Below, one piece after another: positions 1 through 13,385 of a DNA stretch of 64,000 nt. The DNA is from Schmidtea polychroa (taxonomy: Eukaryota): assembly GCA_044892525.1 (NCBI GenBank), contig CM097886.1:15810001-15874000 (forward strand), written 5' to 3'. The translations under genes were made by a program, and so were the position numbers. The notes under the pieces were generated by a model. The model worked only from the letters and a program-made list of their open reading frames with translations, did not search any database and was not told the origin of the DNA. Numbering within the stretch: the first letter of the stretch is position 1; the number at the start of each line of letters is the position of its first letter.

Positions 1-366
1 TGGTCATAAAACAATTATGCGCGGTTGCTAGGAGGATGCGAACAGGGTGAAAGAGATGGTTATATAAGTTCCTAAAAGTGAAAGAGATTCCCCACTCGTA
101 ACCCATCATCACTAATGATTTATTACCATAAACATTTGCTTGCTTTCTATTACACAATTAAAATTCATGTTATGTAAAACCGTTAAAACCAACACCCCTC
201 TTCAATCAGCATGCAATATTATTTCATCAAGCAGATATCAAGCAAATCACAAACATAAATTAAAAACAAAAATAAACATATATATATTTATTATCAATAC
301 AAAACTGTTAATAAAATGATATCATAACAACACAGCCATTTTGTAGGGTAAATCTACCAGCTATCT

Positions 367-3300
367 TTACAGAAAGAAAAAGAACGAAAAGGATGCAGTC
401 AAAATAATGAAAATGTAATTAACAACAGATGTAGGTGGAGAATAATTAGCATAGAACAATCCTGATTTCTGAGGGCCTCCAATCAATTCCAGGTTCTCTA
501 CTTGCCTAGCAAATGAGCGGCCGAGAATCATTGTGTAATTCTGTTGGCCCTCTGGAATCGGTTTAAGGCTAACCGCACTGTCAGAGAACATCAAATCGCT
601 GCGGCCATATGGACTGGCGAACATGGCGAATACTGTATTGCTAAATGTGAAAATTGTCGATAATGTCATTTAATCAATATCGATGGAATTTGTGACAATA
701 ATATTGATTATATCACTAAATCAATATCGATGGAATTTGTGACAATATTATTGATTATATCACTAAATTAATATCGGTGGAATTTGTGACAATAATATTG
801 ATTATATAATTTAATCAATATCGATGGAATTTGTGACAATATTGATTATATAATTTAATCAATATCGATGGAATTTGTGACAATAATATTGATTATATCA
901 CTAAATCAATATCGATGGAATTTGTGACAATAATATTGATTATATCACTAAATCAATATCGATGGAATTTGTGACAATATTATTGATTATATCACTAAAT
1001 TAATATCGTTGGAATTTGTGACAATTGATTATATCACTAAATTAATATCGGTGGAATTTGTGACAATAATATTGATTATATAATTTAATCAATATCGATG
1101 GAATTTGTGACAATATTGATTATATAATTTAATCAATATCGATGGAATTTGTGACAATAATATTGATTATATCACTAAATCAATATCGATGGAATTTGTG
1201 ACAATATTATTGATTATATCACTAAATTAATATCGGCGGAATTTGTGACAATATGACAATTGATTATATCACTAAATTAATATCGGTGGAATTTGTGACA
1301 ATATGACAATAATATTGATTATATAATTTAATCAATATCGATGGAATTCGTGACAATATTATTGATTATATCACTAAATTAATATCGGTGGAATTTGTGA
1401 CAATATGACAATAATATTGATTATATCACTAAATTAATATCGGTGGAATTTGTGACAATAATATTGATTATATAATTTAATCAATATCGATGGAATTTGT
1501 GACAATAATATTGATTATATCACTAAATCAATATCGATGGAATTTGTGACAATATTATTGATTATATCACTAAATTAATATCGGTGGAATTTGTGACAAT
1601 AATATTGATTATATAATTTAATCAATATCGATGGAATTTGTGACAATAATATTGATTATATCACTAAATCAATATCGATGGAATTTGTGACAATATTATT
1701 GATTATATCACTAAATTAATATCGGTGGAATTTGTGACAATAATATTGATTATATAATTTAATCAATATCGATGGAATTTGTGACAATAATATTGATTAT
1801 ATCACTAAATCAATATCGATGGAATTCGTGACAATATTATTGATTATATCACTAAATTAATATCGGTGGAATTTGTGACAATATGAGAATAATATTGATT
1901 ATATCACTAAATTAATATCGGTGAAATTTGTGACAATATGACAATAATATTGATTATATAATTTAATCAATATCGATGGAATTTGTGACAATATTATTGA
2001 TTATATCACTAAATTAATATCGTTGGAATTTGTGACAATTGATTATATCACTAAATTAATATCGGTGGAATTTGTGACAATATGACAATAATATTGATTA
2101 TATAATTTAATCAATATCGATGGAATTTGTGACAATAATATTGATTATATCACTAAATCAATATCGGTGGAATTTGTGACAATAATATTGATTATATCAC
2201 TAAATCAATATCGATGGAATTTGTGACAATAACATCAATATTCAACAAAATATATGACCTTAACTCGAACCATTAGTCAATAAAAATAATCAATAAGCCC
2301 AGTGGTTACCGAAAAATGATGGACGCACCTTCCTCCCGAAAAAATAAAATTGTTAGCCCTGGATTCCATTTCATCGATATTAAATGCACTGAGGAACATA
2401 AAAAATTCAATAATCAATAACCTGTCGGATGCGAAATATTCCTGGCAATATCGAAGCAGGCGCCACATTTCATCTCGTTGCGGTTGGCTCTTGAATCCAC
2501 CAGTGACAATGACGTTACCGGGAATCTTTCCGAGGTTGCATTTGCTCCAGCTGTAGGTATCGACCCGGGTGCCGTCGGGACATAGTAGTTCGTAATCATC
2601 TGAGCGACGGTTGCGGGCCCAATCAACGGGGTTCCTGAACCGAATACTAATTGGAGCAATTCGATTATCGATCGGTTTTACCTGCCATCGGTGTTGTCAT
2701 GCACAGTTGTGTGTCGAGCGAACGCGACGTCCCCGTTCTCCAACATGCACCGGAATGCACCACTGTCACCGTAGTACTGTTCCCTTGAATCCGGTAAGCA
2801 CCTATCCTGGCCTCCGGCGGCGCAAATCTCGCACAGATTGATCGGATTTTTCCCAGTTGGATTGTATGGGTCACCAAGGATTCCTGGTATGCATGATCTG
2901 GCGATCAGTTCACCTAGAGTAAGCTAGCATTACAAGCTCCTTTCCGATAGTAAATTATATTACTAAATGCGTACACCAACTGATCACTGTACACCCGGAA
3001 CTGCACTGTCTCCATGGCAATATTCACTGGAATGACCCATCCGCTGGCCTTACCGGCTCCGCTGTGACACGTACGTTTATATTTCCAGTTTGAGATGAGA
3101 ATGCCTTTGTCGGCGCGCTTGGCAATCGCAACCGCATAATAATTAGTGTCGTCACCGTAATACCTGATAAGGGAGCGCGTTTATTTAATTAACTAGCCTT
3201 TAATAATTATTAAATATACTTAATCGAAGATTAAGTTTAAATTCATGATTAAAATGTTTAAACCTCCAAAAGTAACAAACAGTATAAACAAAACATTTTA

Positions 3301-6300
3301 TAAGTTTGAAGTTCTTAAGAATAGCTGTTGATTAAGTTCAAAGTTCACCAATAATTTCCCTTGATTATTTTTATAATAATAATTTCCAATATTCAAAGAG
3401 TTATTGAAAATTGATCGACCAATAAGAAAATCAATAGCAGAGAGCTCTTTTTATCGTAAGATCTAAGTGCTTATAAAATCTCATGCTTATATACAGTGCT
3501 TTTTTTCTGACGGAACGCTCCGGAACGGCGTTCTGGCACCTTTTTTCGCTGAATGATTTTAAAAAATTGACATATGTTTTGGTTTTTTGTCATATTTCTA
3601 TTTCTGACCTTTCAAATAGTCAATTACAGTCAAATTAAAAGTAGTAGTCGTACGCCAAAGCGAGTGAATCATAACTCCGTGCTTCCCATGTATTATTACT
3701 ATTATATAAAAAACGCCCACGGTAAATATACGCCATTAATATACTACGTCATTAAAACCGTTTCCTGTTGTCGGCGTTGTAAATTCTCATGCGCTTCGAT
3801 CCTTCGAAGTATGTTGATTTATGGTTACTTCGGGGAAGACTTTCTGCTGTAGACACTAAGAGCAAGGAAAGGAGTCGAGATGATTTGTCTGAAGAAAATT
3901 GGAAAAAATTATGGAATTTGCTATAAACAACTTTAGGATTTCATTTTTCTTTACATTTTTTCTACATTATAAAATTTATCGGTAATAAGTTGCTAATAAC
4001 TAATAAGTGTATATTTTGTGTCCTGCATAATTATTTTATTTGTTGTCTAATTTCAGCGTCATTTTTTTGCATATAAAGGATAGTACAGTTCCGATACGTT
4101 CCGGCACCTTTTTTCCAGAATAAAAAGCACTGCTTATATAAGATTTTAGACATTTTAAGAATTCAATTTAGAGAATTCTAATATTTCCCCAATCCGTGAT
4201 ATCATCAAATGATTTCAAGAATAAATCCTAAACTTCAATAGGACTTGTTTCGACTTAGGTATAAGCTCACGCGAGTTCAGGAACACACTTATACAAAAGG
4301 TATAAGTAACATTATTCACCATATGAAAACTTGTAATAGAAATAAAAATTTTGATAAATAATGAAAAAGAAATACGGAAGCAAATATAATGGTGCGATAG
4401 AATTATGCAAATAAATTTTACGATGAATTTCTAGATGAATCTTTCTTTTCCATTGATAAAGTAGGATTTCCTCTTTCTATAATGAGAGTGCGAGAAAATG
4501 CATTGGTTGGACAAGAAGCAATTAAGAGGTTTTCATCAATAAAAAATCAAAATCTTTCTATTTGCGCTGTAATATCAGTAGATGGAAAATATTTAACTTC
4601 ACAATATGTTTAAATTTTGTTTTTTTAGGGAACTTTATTGAAATTTCGATAGCTAAAATATTGAAACTAATATTTTTGTTTAGGACAACGGATGATTTCA
4701 TCATTATTCACTGAAAAATAAAAGATTTAGGCTTTTATCATTGCTGTCATACTCATCATTCTTTAATTTCATCGAAAATTCATTTTCAAAATGGAAGAGT
4801 ACTGACATGTTTATGATGCCTGATGAAGAAAAGTAAACGACATATGTGAATCAAGCAACTGAACTTTTCGCATTTAGTGATTTTCAGGGTTTTGGCGAGT
4901 CATGACAAGTTACATTTCGAAATTCCTTTTAATAGAGAAAATTGATAGTTAGATTATTAGTTAGTACATTTCATCTTTTGATTATATTGAATGAAAGAAA
5001 GACTGAATAACTCTATATTACATTTGTAGTAATAGATTTAGAATATAAAAATGTAAATTTTTGATTTTAACTATATTAAAAAAAGTTTAATAAACCAAAA
5101 GAATTTTTTTTAAAAATAAAAATTTGATACTCCTACCCATTTAATAATAAAAATAATTGTAATATAATTCAAATAAATTAATAATCCGCCGTATTTATTC
5201 AAAAAATGAAATATTTCGATCTAAAATAGGTCCTGATCACTCAAATACAAAATTTAATAATTATTTCTTTCTCCGTTTGCTCTTTGTTTGAATTTTTCTT
5301 CTCAGACATATTTTTTTAGAAGATTTAGAGAGGAAACAGAGAGAGTTGTTAAATTTTGTGTTGGAGTGATCAGAACCTATTTTTATGGCTCACGTAGTTA
5401 TTTATTTGAATTATAATTTAATAAATGATTTCGCTATCGATAAATTTATTTTGAAGTTTATATTATTATTATAATAAATCAATTAACTAAATTTAATTAA
5501 ATAGGTTTTTAATATTTGATATGATATAACATTTTTAAAAGAAATACTTGGTAGAATTTGATAAATTATACATGATTCGATAGAGAAATGTCGATTTTCA
5601 AATAATATTGAAATAAAAATGATGTATTATAGATAAATTTAATATTTTCAATATGACGATTAATTACGCAATCATTCACATGATAATTTGATTCTGTTAG
5701 TTTTCAATCGATTAATCGAATTTTAGATAAGCAATCAAATTATTAAATATTATTAATCAATGAAGATTACTCTTGAGCTATGGGAACCAAATTCAAATAT
5801 TTCCCACCAATATAGAGTTCTGCGGCATCCAATGTCATTAAATCCGCAAAACCATCACTGATGAGACGCATACAATTTGTGGTGGACAATCCCATTACGC
5901 AATAGAATTCCGGGCGTAACATTTTCGAATCCAGAGCCAATTTCATGTTGCGACATTTTAGCATTTCATCATCACTGATAACACACCACTTGAGGCCCGC
6001 AAAAGGGCACCTGTGCAAAGTTGTAATCGCATTTTGGAACTCTTGATCTGGAATAAGAACGGTTTGATAAAATGTATGAATATAATTTCAGTTTCCATCA
6101 ATGATTTTTGTTGGAACGAGAGTTAATGTCACATTATGATCGGTAATTTAAATATGTATACACTAAAACCTCGATTTGCGCCGTTAATTGGGCCCCAAGA
6201 AAGACGACGCAAATCGAAATTAATATTTCCATATAAAAATGTATTTTGTTAATTAGTATAAAACAAAAGATGCCTTGGATTAAAAACTATTTTTATTTCA

Positions 6301-9300
6301 ATCATTGTGTATATATGTAATACATAAACCAACATTAAATATAATACATAAATTCATTAAAATATTAAATAAAATATAAAACATAAATTCATTAAAATAT
6401 TAAATAAAATATAAAACATAAATTCATTAAATAACAAATAAAATAACATAAAAATTCATTAAATAAACAAAATATAAAATTCATTGCACAGAAACAGTTT
6501 GTAACTTTCTTTTTTTAATTCTAATTCGATGAACTTGACAATTCTAAGTCGATTACCGTTTTTGTAGACTGGTTATGGTTTGGTTCTCGTAATGTTACAG
6601 TTAAAAACTTGTCTAAAGTTTGCTGAACTTGTACAGCTTTTTTCCATATATATTTCTTTATAGTAATTGATAGCGTTATCAATAGTTCGCGTAACCGTTA
6701 AGCGTCGATTTTCGTCAGGGTTATTATCTACAAAAAATTTCCATTGCCTGTGAAATGAGTTGCATTGCTTTCGAAATACAACGAGCCGTTAACTGTTTTT
6801 CTTCTGGAACTATATCAGGAACTATTTCAAAGACAACGCAACTTCGAAAACGACGAAAATCAAGGTTTTAGTGTACAAAAGTTATAATATAATATATTAA
6901 ATAGTGTTTGTAGGATTGTATTATGTTCACATTGCAAATGAAAACACATTGAATTCTCCAAGTTGTAGTTATCAGTTTTATGTTAAAAATCAATTTTGGG
7001 GAAATCCTTTGAATATTTAAAAGTTAGTATTATATGCATAAGAATAAGAATTTCAATAATCTTAATACATCTTGTGATATTTTTCCAATTTACTGAACCA
7101 GTATAAACTAAACAATTTGGATCAGCAATCGAATCAACAACAACAGAATTTGTTTTACTGGGATGTATCGATGACAATGAATATAAAAGCCTGAAAACAG
7201 GTGTCTTGAAATTAAGGAAAACAAAATGGTGGGAAAACTTTAAACAATTGGAAAAAGAATTCTCGTCTCGACTATTTTGCATTAGTTACTATTACTATCC
7301 TTTTCTAAATATTTTAATCATAGACTTTATAATGTAAAAAAATTTGAAAAATTGCCAAATAGCGATCCGGAATTTTGAAATAAAAAGGATGATTGTGATT
7401 GGTTGCAGGGAAATTTGATCAAGAAAAAAGGAAGAGCCGTAAAATGTAGAATTAGTATTGAAATTCATAAGGCCAATAAAGCAAGGCTAAAATCAGCCAA
7501 TTTATCCACTATATTCGCAACTATTTTCTTTTCTTAAAATCGTTGTTTAAAATAATCAAATCAATTAAAATTATCCAATAAAAATAATAATTTTTTATCT
7601 TTGAATATTTCGTTTAACAAATCTGTTATATTTTATAAAATTCAATACAATCAATATAATAAGCATATTCCAATCAATAAATTCAATAACAAAAATCGAT
7701 AAAATCTTACTGATATATTGGAAAATGTTCAGTGATATTATATCTTGTGGGAAATAGAGATTGACAGTAGCATCAGAGAACATCAAATCATAGAGCGGTT
7801 GCGGAGCAGACACGTCTCCCGTTTGTCCAAGCAACAACAATAAATTCGAGGACAAGTTGAACACAACATTCGATTGGAACAAATTGAAATTGGACGACAA
7901 TGTTCCATTCGGGCCGAAATAACTGATAGCGATATTTAGAAAATCCTTATAAATGGGAATTCGAGTAGAAACCAGTTGCGTCATAAGCATTCTCGATTGA
8001 GGTTTGCCCCAATTGCACGCTTCTATCTGATTCAGTGCATTTACATAAGTTCCACTAAACACGAATTATCAATAATCACAACCACATAAACGGGAAAATT
8101 ATCTAAATTCAGTTATAGAGGAGCTTTTGCATATCTATAAGTAAATCTTATTCAACATCTCAACAGACTCATAAAGCGCAATGCGTGATATAAAGGATTC
8201 CACAATCTTCATGTGGATATCAATCTTCCTAATCTATAGAGATGTGAGTCGCTGACACGACGTGTTTTGATTCATCTTTTCTTTAAGTAAGAATGCCTTT
8301 ATTTATACTTTTTGTTTAAAATCTTTCTCTTAAGTTTCTCAAAAAGAAACACATAAAGGAAATAATTATAGAAAATGAAGAAAACGTAAAAAAAAGTTTT
8401 TGACCGGAAAAAGCTCATTGAATTCTTTATGTTTGATGGAATATAACATTCAATCCTTTAGGTGGAATAGCATTATAGTTACGACTTGGATTTTATGACC
8501 ATCTGGATTATACTTCTGATTTCAACAATTGGTCGAATAGATTTACTTGCTTCATTTTCTACAACTTGAAAATACTCGATACTCTCGATAAATAACTTTG
8601 TTTATTTGTTTTAAATTGCTTTTCCGATCTCTAAATGTTTTTTCGGACATTTTTTCTCTTCACTTTTTCGTTTCATTTTCAATCAATTTTTTCGTGTCCG
8701 TCTACTTATTTTAAATCCAAATTGTGTTTCACTTTTATACTCTGCCATCTAATAGTACTTGCAGGTAATTATTTTGATTTCTGCCTACAGCACATTCCTT
8801 TGGGTCATTCTTAATTCCTCTTCTGTCTCAGGCAGCTGTCGAGACATACAATTTTATTTTGTTATCTCTCTTTTTATTTTTTTGACTTCCCTTCCTACTT
8901 TGTTTTTCTTTTTTCTATTCTTCTTTAGATTTTACGTGTTAATTAATAATGGCCGGTTCTAGGACAAAATGGTATCGAACGAAATAGTACCAGAATTAAA
9001 TGGTAGGATAACAAGTTTATATTTTTGAGAGTTAAGATTTTAAATAACATCCATTTTGAAGCAGTATATTAATGATTAGTATAGTAATTAAGCAAGTTGT
9101 CTTTATTTTAGAATAAATGTTTGGCTCTTTCCGTCGTTAATTCCGATATTTTATCAATATAGAAAATTAAAGATAACTTATATTTGGCCGTCCTCTTAAA
9201 TTTTCTATTAACAATTAGTCTATATAATATAACATAATAAAATGCATTTTTATTGGTTATCTTTCAGTTTAGTTCGTTATTTTTTATTCATTTTAACCTT

Positions 9301-12300
9301 GTCATATTTCATTTTTAAATTTATTAATTTTCTTTTCTCACTTATGTATTCCAATGATGATTGCTAAACTAAAATGGAATCAAGTGAAATCATAATTGGT
9401 GAAGATGGAGTCGTGGATCTTTTAAAGATGCAACATGTCAATCGATTAGCGCGTAGAAATGCTTGAATGGTAAAAATAGAAGTGGCATTGTTCAATGAAT
9501 TTAATTATTCGCAACACTTTCAGAATTTCTATAAATAAAAACTGTTATAATTCCAGTTGGGTAAAGAAATCAGTTTTTCCAGCTTTTCATAATAGTATTT
9601 GTGTATTGTAACAATTATGTAGTAAATGTCGATAAATATCTAGATTTTTCTCCCCGTGTATTCGAGGAAAGTATAATTATTTTCATATCACTTCTATTGA
9701 GTATAAATCAAATTTTTTCGACTTTTGTGGTTTTATTCAACACACCTTCAATAGACATAAGTTAAATATACCCCTCCCCAATTGCGGTAAAACAAACAAA
9801 CACATGGATATAATATATCGATTTATTTGTTTAATGAATGAATCATGTTCACTTGTTTAAACGTGGATAGTAAACTTTGTATTTACCTCATTGAAATGTA
9901 TTATTCAATAATCAGTTTATTGATCGGTAGAGGGGAGTGGGGAGGGGGTTTATTCCTTTGTGTAGAACATGGATGGCGAACCTTTTTTAGATTGCGTGCC
10001 AATATTTTAAAATTGAAAAATAAAAACACGCTGGCGTGCCAAGTACATTTTTTAGCATTTTAATTGATTCCGTTACATTCCGTAGTTATTGTTCTCCATA
10101 TCGTTCAGTCCACCAATCTTGGAATTCCCTGCCACTTCCTTCTTCTGAAAGTTTTATTTTTTTTGCTTTGAACACGACATTTTATTTAGCAAAATTTCTA
10201 TTTTTAAATTATTAAATATTTACAAAAAAATATTTACAAATCTTTCACCAATAATATTGTCAACAAGATTTCTGTGTCATCAAATTCGTGCGCATCTTAA
10301 CTTGTTTATTTTTACTTGTATATATATATATATATAATAATATATATATATATATCGTAGGCAAATGGTAATTTTAGGAAAATAACATTTGGCTAGGCAA
10401 ATGCCATTTGCCTGGTCAAATAGCTTTAGCTATTATTTCATTTCCATTTGACTAGGAAAATAGCATTTGCCCAGGCAAAAGCCATTTGGCTAAATCTTTG
10501 TTGGGCAAATAATTCTAATGTTATTAATTTCGAAGTTATAAAGATTTGAAGAAAAAAATTGAAATAACCAAATTAATGGTAAATAAAAGTAATACTATTT
10601 TTAAGGAATTAGAAATCGGAGCTTTCTTAGTATTGGCAGTTCCAAAATTTGATAGAGGACCACTAGACCAAAAAAATATAGAGGGCATTATTACTGATAA
10701 AAAAATGGTGTTTATCGAATTGGGACCAACGTTGGAGTGTTAAAAAAATTGGTTTACTCGAAACGAACTAACAAAAGTGTCGTCAATAAGTTTTGAACAA
10801 AGTGATATTCCCCATGAAAATTGTATATCTTTACGAGAAGCATGTGCTTCAAAATCCATGTTTGCAGGCCAGGGATTTACGAAGTGCCAGTGCCAGCCTT
10901 CGAAAAACCAATGCAATACTAAAATATGTGCGTGTTTAAAAAATAACCATGTATGTAATAGTAGTTGTCAATTCAAGTAATCCTTGCCAAAATAAATAAA
11001 TATTTAAGACTTCTTATGCTCTCAATAAATAAGTATATTTTATAATAAAGAAAATACATTTAGCAATATTGTGTCACCAAAGAATTCGAGAATAAGAAAT
11101 ATTTATAAGTGAGGTTAAATTACGTGTAAGAACATTGATTACAGTGCTTTATTACATTATTGCATTGGAAATGATCAAATTTGCCAGTAGGTTGCCTCGC
11201 TTCACTTAAGAACAATCTAAGAAAACTTAATGGTCAAGTATAACCTAACCTAAAAATTCGAAACCCAGAATGTAAATTCCAGCTGTGTTCTTTAGCAGTA
11301 AAATATATCAATAATAATATTAGAATTATTTGCCCAACAAATATTTTCCTATTTTCCTAGTCAAATGGAAATGAAATAATAGCTAAAGCTAGTTGCCTAG
11401 CCAAATGTTATTTTCCTAAAATTACCATTTGCCTACGACATATATATATATATATATATATTCTATTGTTCGATTCCTAGTTAACGGTTTCTAAAATATT
11501 TGCACAATAAAATCATGCTGAAGTGTTAATTGCGATTTCAATGATTTTATACTACTAAAATTTACACAAATTTGTTTTATCTCAAAGGTTTGGCGTGCCA
11601 CACGAAATCGTCTCGCGTGCCATAGGTTCACCAGCGCTGGTGTAGAACGTATTTAAGTGAAATTGGTTGCTTATCCAATCCCATTGATAGCTTCTAATCA
11701 TATTAATAAAATACATCTTTTCACAATCAATTTGAAATGGTCTTAATAAGTATATTCTCCAAAATAATGAATAAATATCGATTTATGTGCAATTTGGAAA
11801 GTCACCCTGCCTCTTTAAAAAATTTCTTTTTTTTTGAAAATGTGGAATTTATTCAACCAATTGAAATGCTATAAATTAATTTTTTATTTAATATTTACAA
11901 ATATCTTTAGAATAACTAATTTATCGATTTTTAAGTGTTTTTCGATTTATTTATCCGTACGCAGCACATTGGAAAAGCTTTTGTAATATCGAAATCCAAT
12001 TTTATTTCCCTGTTCATAATTCACTTGTAAATAAACTAAAACTTATCGATTTTAATTTTTGCCTATTTAGAATTTACGATAAATATCAATGGGAACTCAT
12101 TAAAAACCAGAAAAAGCATCAAATTTACTCGGCTTGAACGGTCGGACAGAGCAGCTGGTAAAATCCGGCCAAATTTGGATTGTTGGCCACCCAATTCGTG
12201 AGAGTATCTCCACGCAAGAATGCCACCGATTTCTGGCCGGATATTCGAGCGGAATCAAGACAACTCATCGATCCGGCGTTACCGGCATATGGATCGGAAT

Positions 12301-13107
12301 TCGAGCAGAACCGTCGACTGTCACTGGTATTGGAGCACTTACTGCAGGCGAGATTACCGTTGTCGCCGAGCGCATTGAAAACCGGATTAGCACTGCCGAC
12401 AGCGCACGAGCCACTTGTAAAAAACCCATTCACGATTTTCACTTCATTGTTACATGTTGTGATATTCATCCATTGATTTTCAACCATTTTTGACAGAGGG
12501 TAAATCCAGCCTTCCGCTGTGCCAGTACCTGATTATAACATCAAACGTAATACAAATTCATGTTTATAATGGTTAGAATAAAATTCGAATTTTTAAAAAT
12601 TCATAAAATTATTTCCAAAGCCAACCTGCAAAACAAGCACTTGTTCCATTTAGCATGATTGGTGATGAAACTGTTCCTTTTATTACAACCACTACTGAAG
12701 TATAGGATAACTGCATTGTAGCTGGATCTGTGTTAAAATTGTAATTTTCTACAGCAAACATTCTCATTCCATAATTTTGCACAGCATAATACGCCAATCC
12801 AACATCTAAATTCACGATATCTGCTTGACGTTGATTGATTAGGTTCATACAGTCAAAAGAACTTCTGGTTAGCACACATGTGAAATTATATGTCAAGGTA
12901 ATGTTAGTAACACCTATTTGATTAACAAATTGAGTGCATTTAATATATTCCGATTCACTTATAACGCACCATCTTATATCTTATAGTTACAGAAATTAAC
13001 AACAATAAAATATACAATTATTATTTACCTTCAATATTTTCTACATGTAAAAATAATGATAAAAATAGTACTATAGGTAATAGAGAATTTAATTTCCCGT
13101 TGAACAT
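367..13107 (-). CDS. MELTF: Melanotransferrin-like, two-lobed transferrin family, predicted GPI-anchored (about 810 aa, 10 exons)
   Basis: Hand-spliced exons: 13107-13029, 12979-12626, 12528-12129, 8054-7711, 6047-5771, 3163-2964, 2913-2682, 2634-2422, 2388-2329, 640-367. All junctions are GT-AG with consistent phases and sum to 2433 nt. The protein has a signal peptide (MFNGKLNSLLPIVLFLSLFL), transferrin motifs in both lobes (IRWCVISESEYIKC, LKWCVISDDEMLKC, NYYAVAIAK, YYGDSGAFRC, GDVAF, YELLCPDG, DLMFSD) and a hydrophobic C-terminal tail (YIFIILTASFSFFFFL). Confidence 0.93.
667..2230. repeat. 47-bp minisatellite, about 33 units, with partial 141-bp higher-order trimer, in the last intron of the MELTF-like gene
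   Basis: Unit AATATCG(A/G)TGGAATTTGTGACAAT(A/T)ATATTGATTATAT(CAC/AAT)T(A/T)AAT(C/T). Trimer starts recur at 1483, 1624 and 1765. Confidence 0.97.
3494..4132. mobile_element. Non-autonomous hAT element (MITE)
   Basis: TIR CAGTGCTTTTT..TCTG at both ends. Perfect 8-bp TSD CTTATATA (3486-3493, 4133-4140). Subterminal GTTC(C/T)GGCACC motifs. Confidence 0.88.
4380..4810 (+). pseudogene. Degenerate Tc1/IS630-type DDE transposase remnant
   Basis: Broken frames read FSIDKVGF, NLSICAVISVDG, DNG*FH and IENSFSKWK, resembling the Tc1 DDE motifs. Confidence 0.6.
5227..5379. mobile_element. Small foldback MITE (about 150 bp)
   Basis: Imperfect inverted arms TAGGTCCTGATCACTCAAATACAAAATTTAA and TTAAATTTTGTGTTGGAGTGATCAGAACCTA. 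Confidence 0.75.
6161..6873. mobile_element. Non-autonomous Tc1/mariner(pogo)-type element
   Basis: TIR CACTAAAACCT(C/T)GATTT at both ends, flanked by TA. Contains an internal A-rich tandem repeat of about 35 bp at 6340-6485. Confidence 0.72.
9968..11639. mobile_element. Non-autonomous hAT (Buster/Charlie type) in a MELTF intron
   Basis: Imperfect TIRs CATGGATGGCGAACC and GGTTCACCAGCGCTG. 8-bp TSD GTGTAGAA, which fits the Buster nnnTAnnn target. Subterminal GCGTGCCA motifs. Confidence 0.85.
10353..11440 (+). mobile_element. Ginger2/TDD-like DNA transposon (internally deleted) nested in the hAT element
   Basis: Near-perfect TIR of about 48 bp, T(G/A)TCGTAGGCAAATGGTAATTTTAGGAAAATAACATTTGGCTAGGCAA, inserted in (TA)n. 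Frameshifted remnant 10546-10980 has PKFDRGPLD and a Cys-rich GQGFTKCQC..CNTKICAC..CNSSC end, typical of integrase-type transposases. Confidence 0.72.
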
Positions 13108-13385
13108 TTAAATTCTTAAAACTTATTATAAAACTAATTACATTATTTAAACACCACATAATAAAACTTATACAATTTTGTAAAATATAGAAAGATATGT
13201 AACGAAAGTTGTAACTTATAAAATACAGGAATTTTAAAAATTAAATTGTAAAATATATTTTATATATAATTTTATGGATTTTACAGTTCTAAAGATTTTT
13301 AGTTTAGTTTATTTTTAAGAAATCTATTGCATAAAATATTGTTATTATTGTGCTTTCAAAAGAAATTAAAATATATTCTCCTATG

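Noticed and set aside
667-2230. CRISPR-like array
   Set aside because: The units are contiguous with no unique spacers, no cas genes are present, and it sits in a eukaryotic intron.
2350-2877. ORFs 2350-2556 (+), 2611-2841 (+), 2414-2659 (-) and 2665-2877 (-)
   Set aside because: These are antisense or alternate-frame shadows of GC-rich MELTF exons. The same applies to 12134-12493, 12180-12476, 29606-30037, 31576-31974 and 40791-40988 over their respective genes or elements.
6983-7282. ORF as an extra MELTF exon
   Set aside because: Exon 8054-7711 splices in phase directly to 6047 and gives a normal lobe end. The ORF has no transferrin motif.
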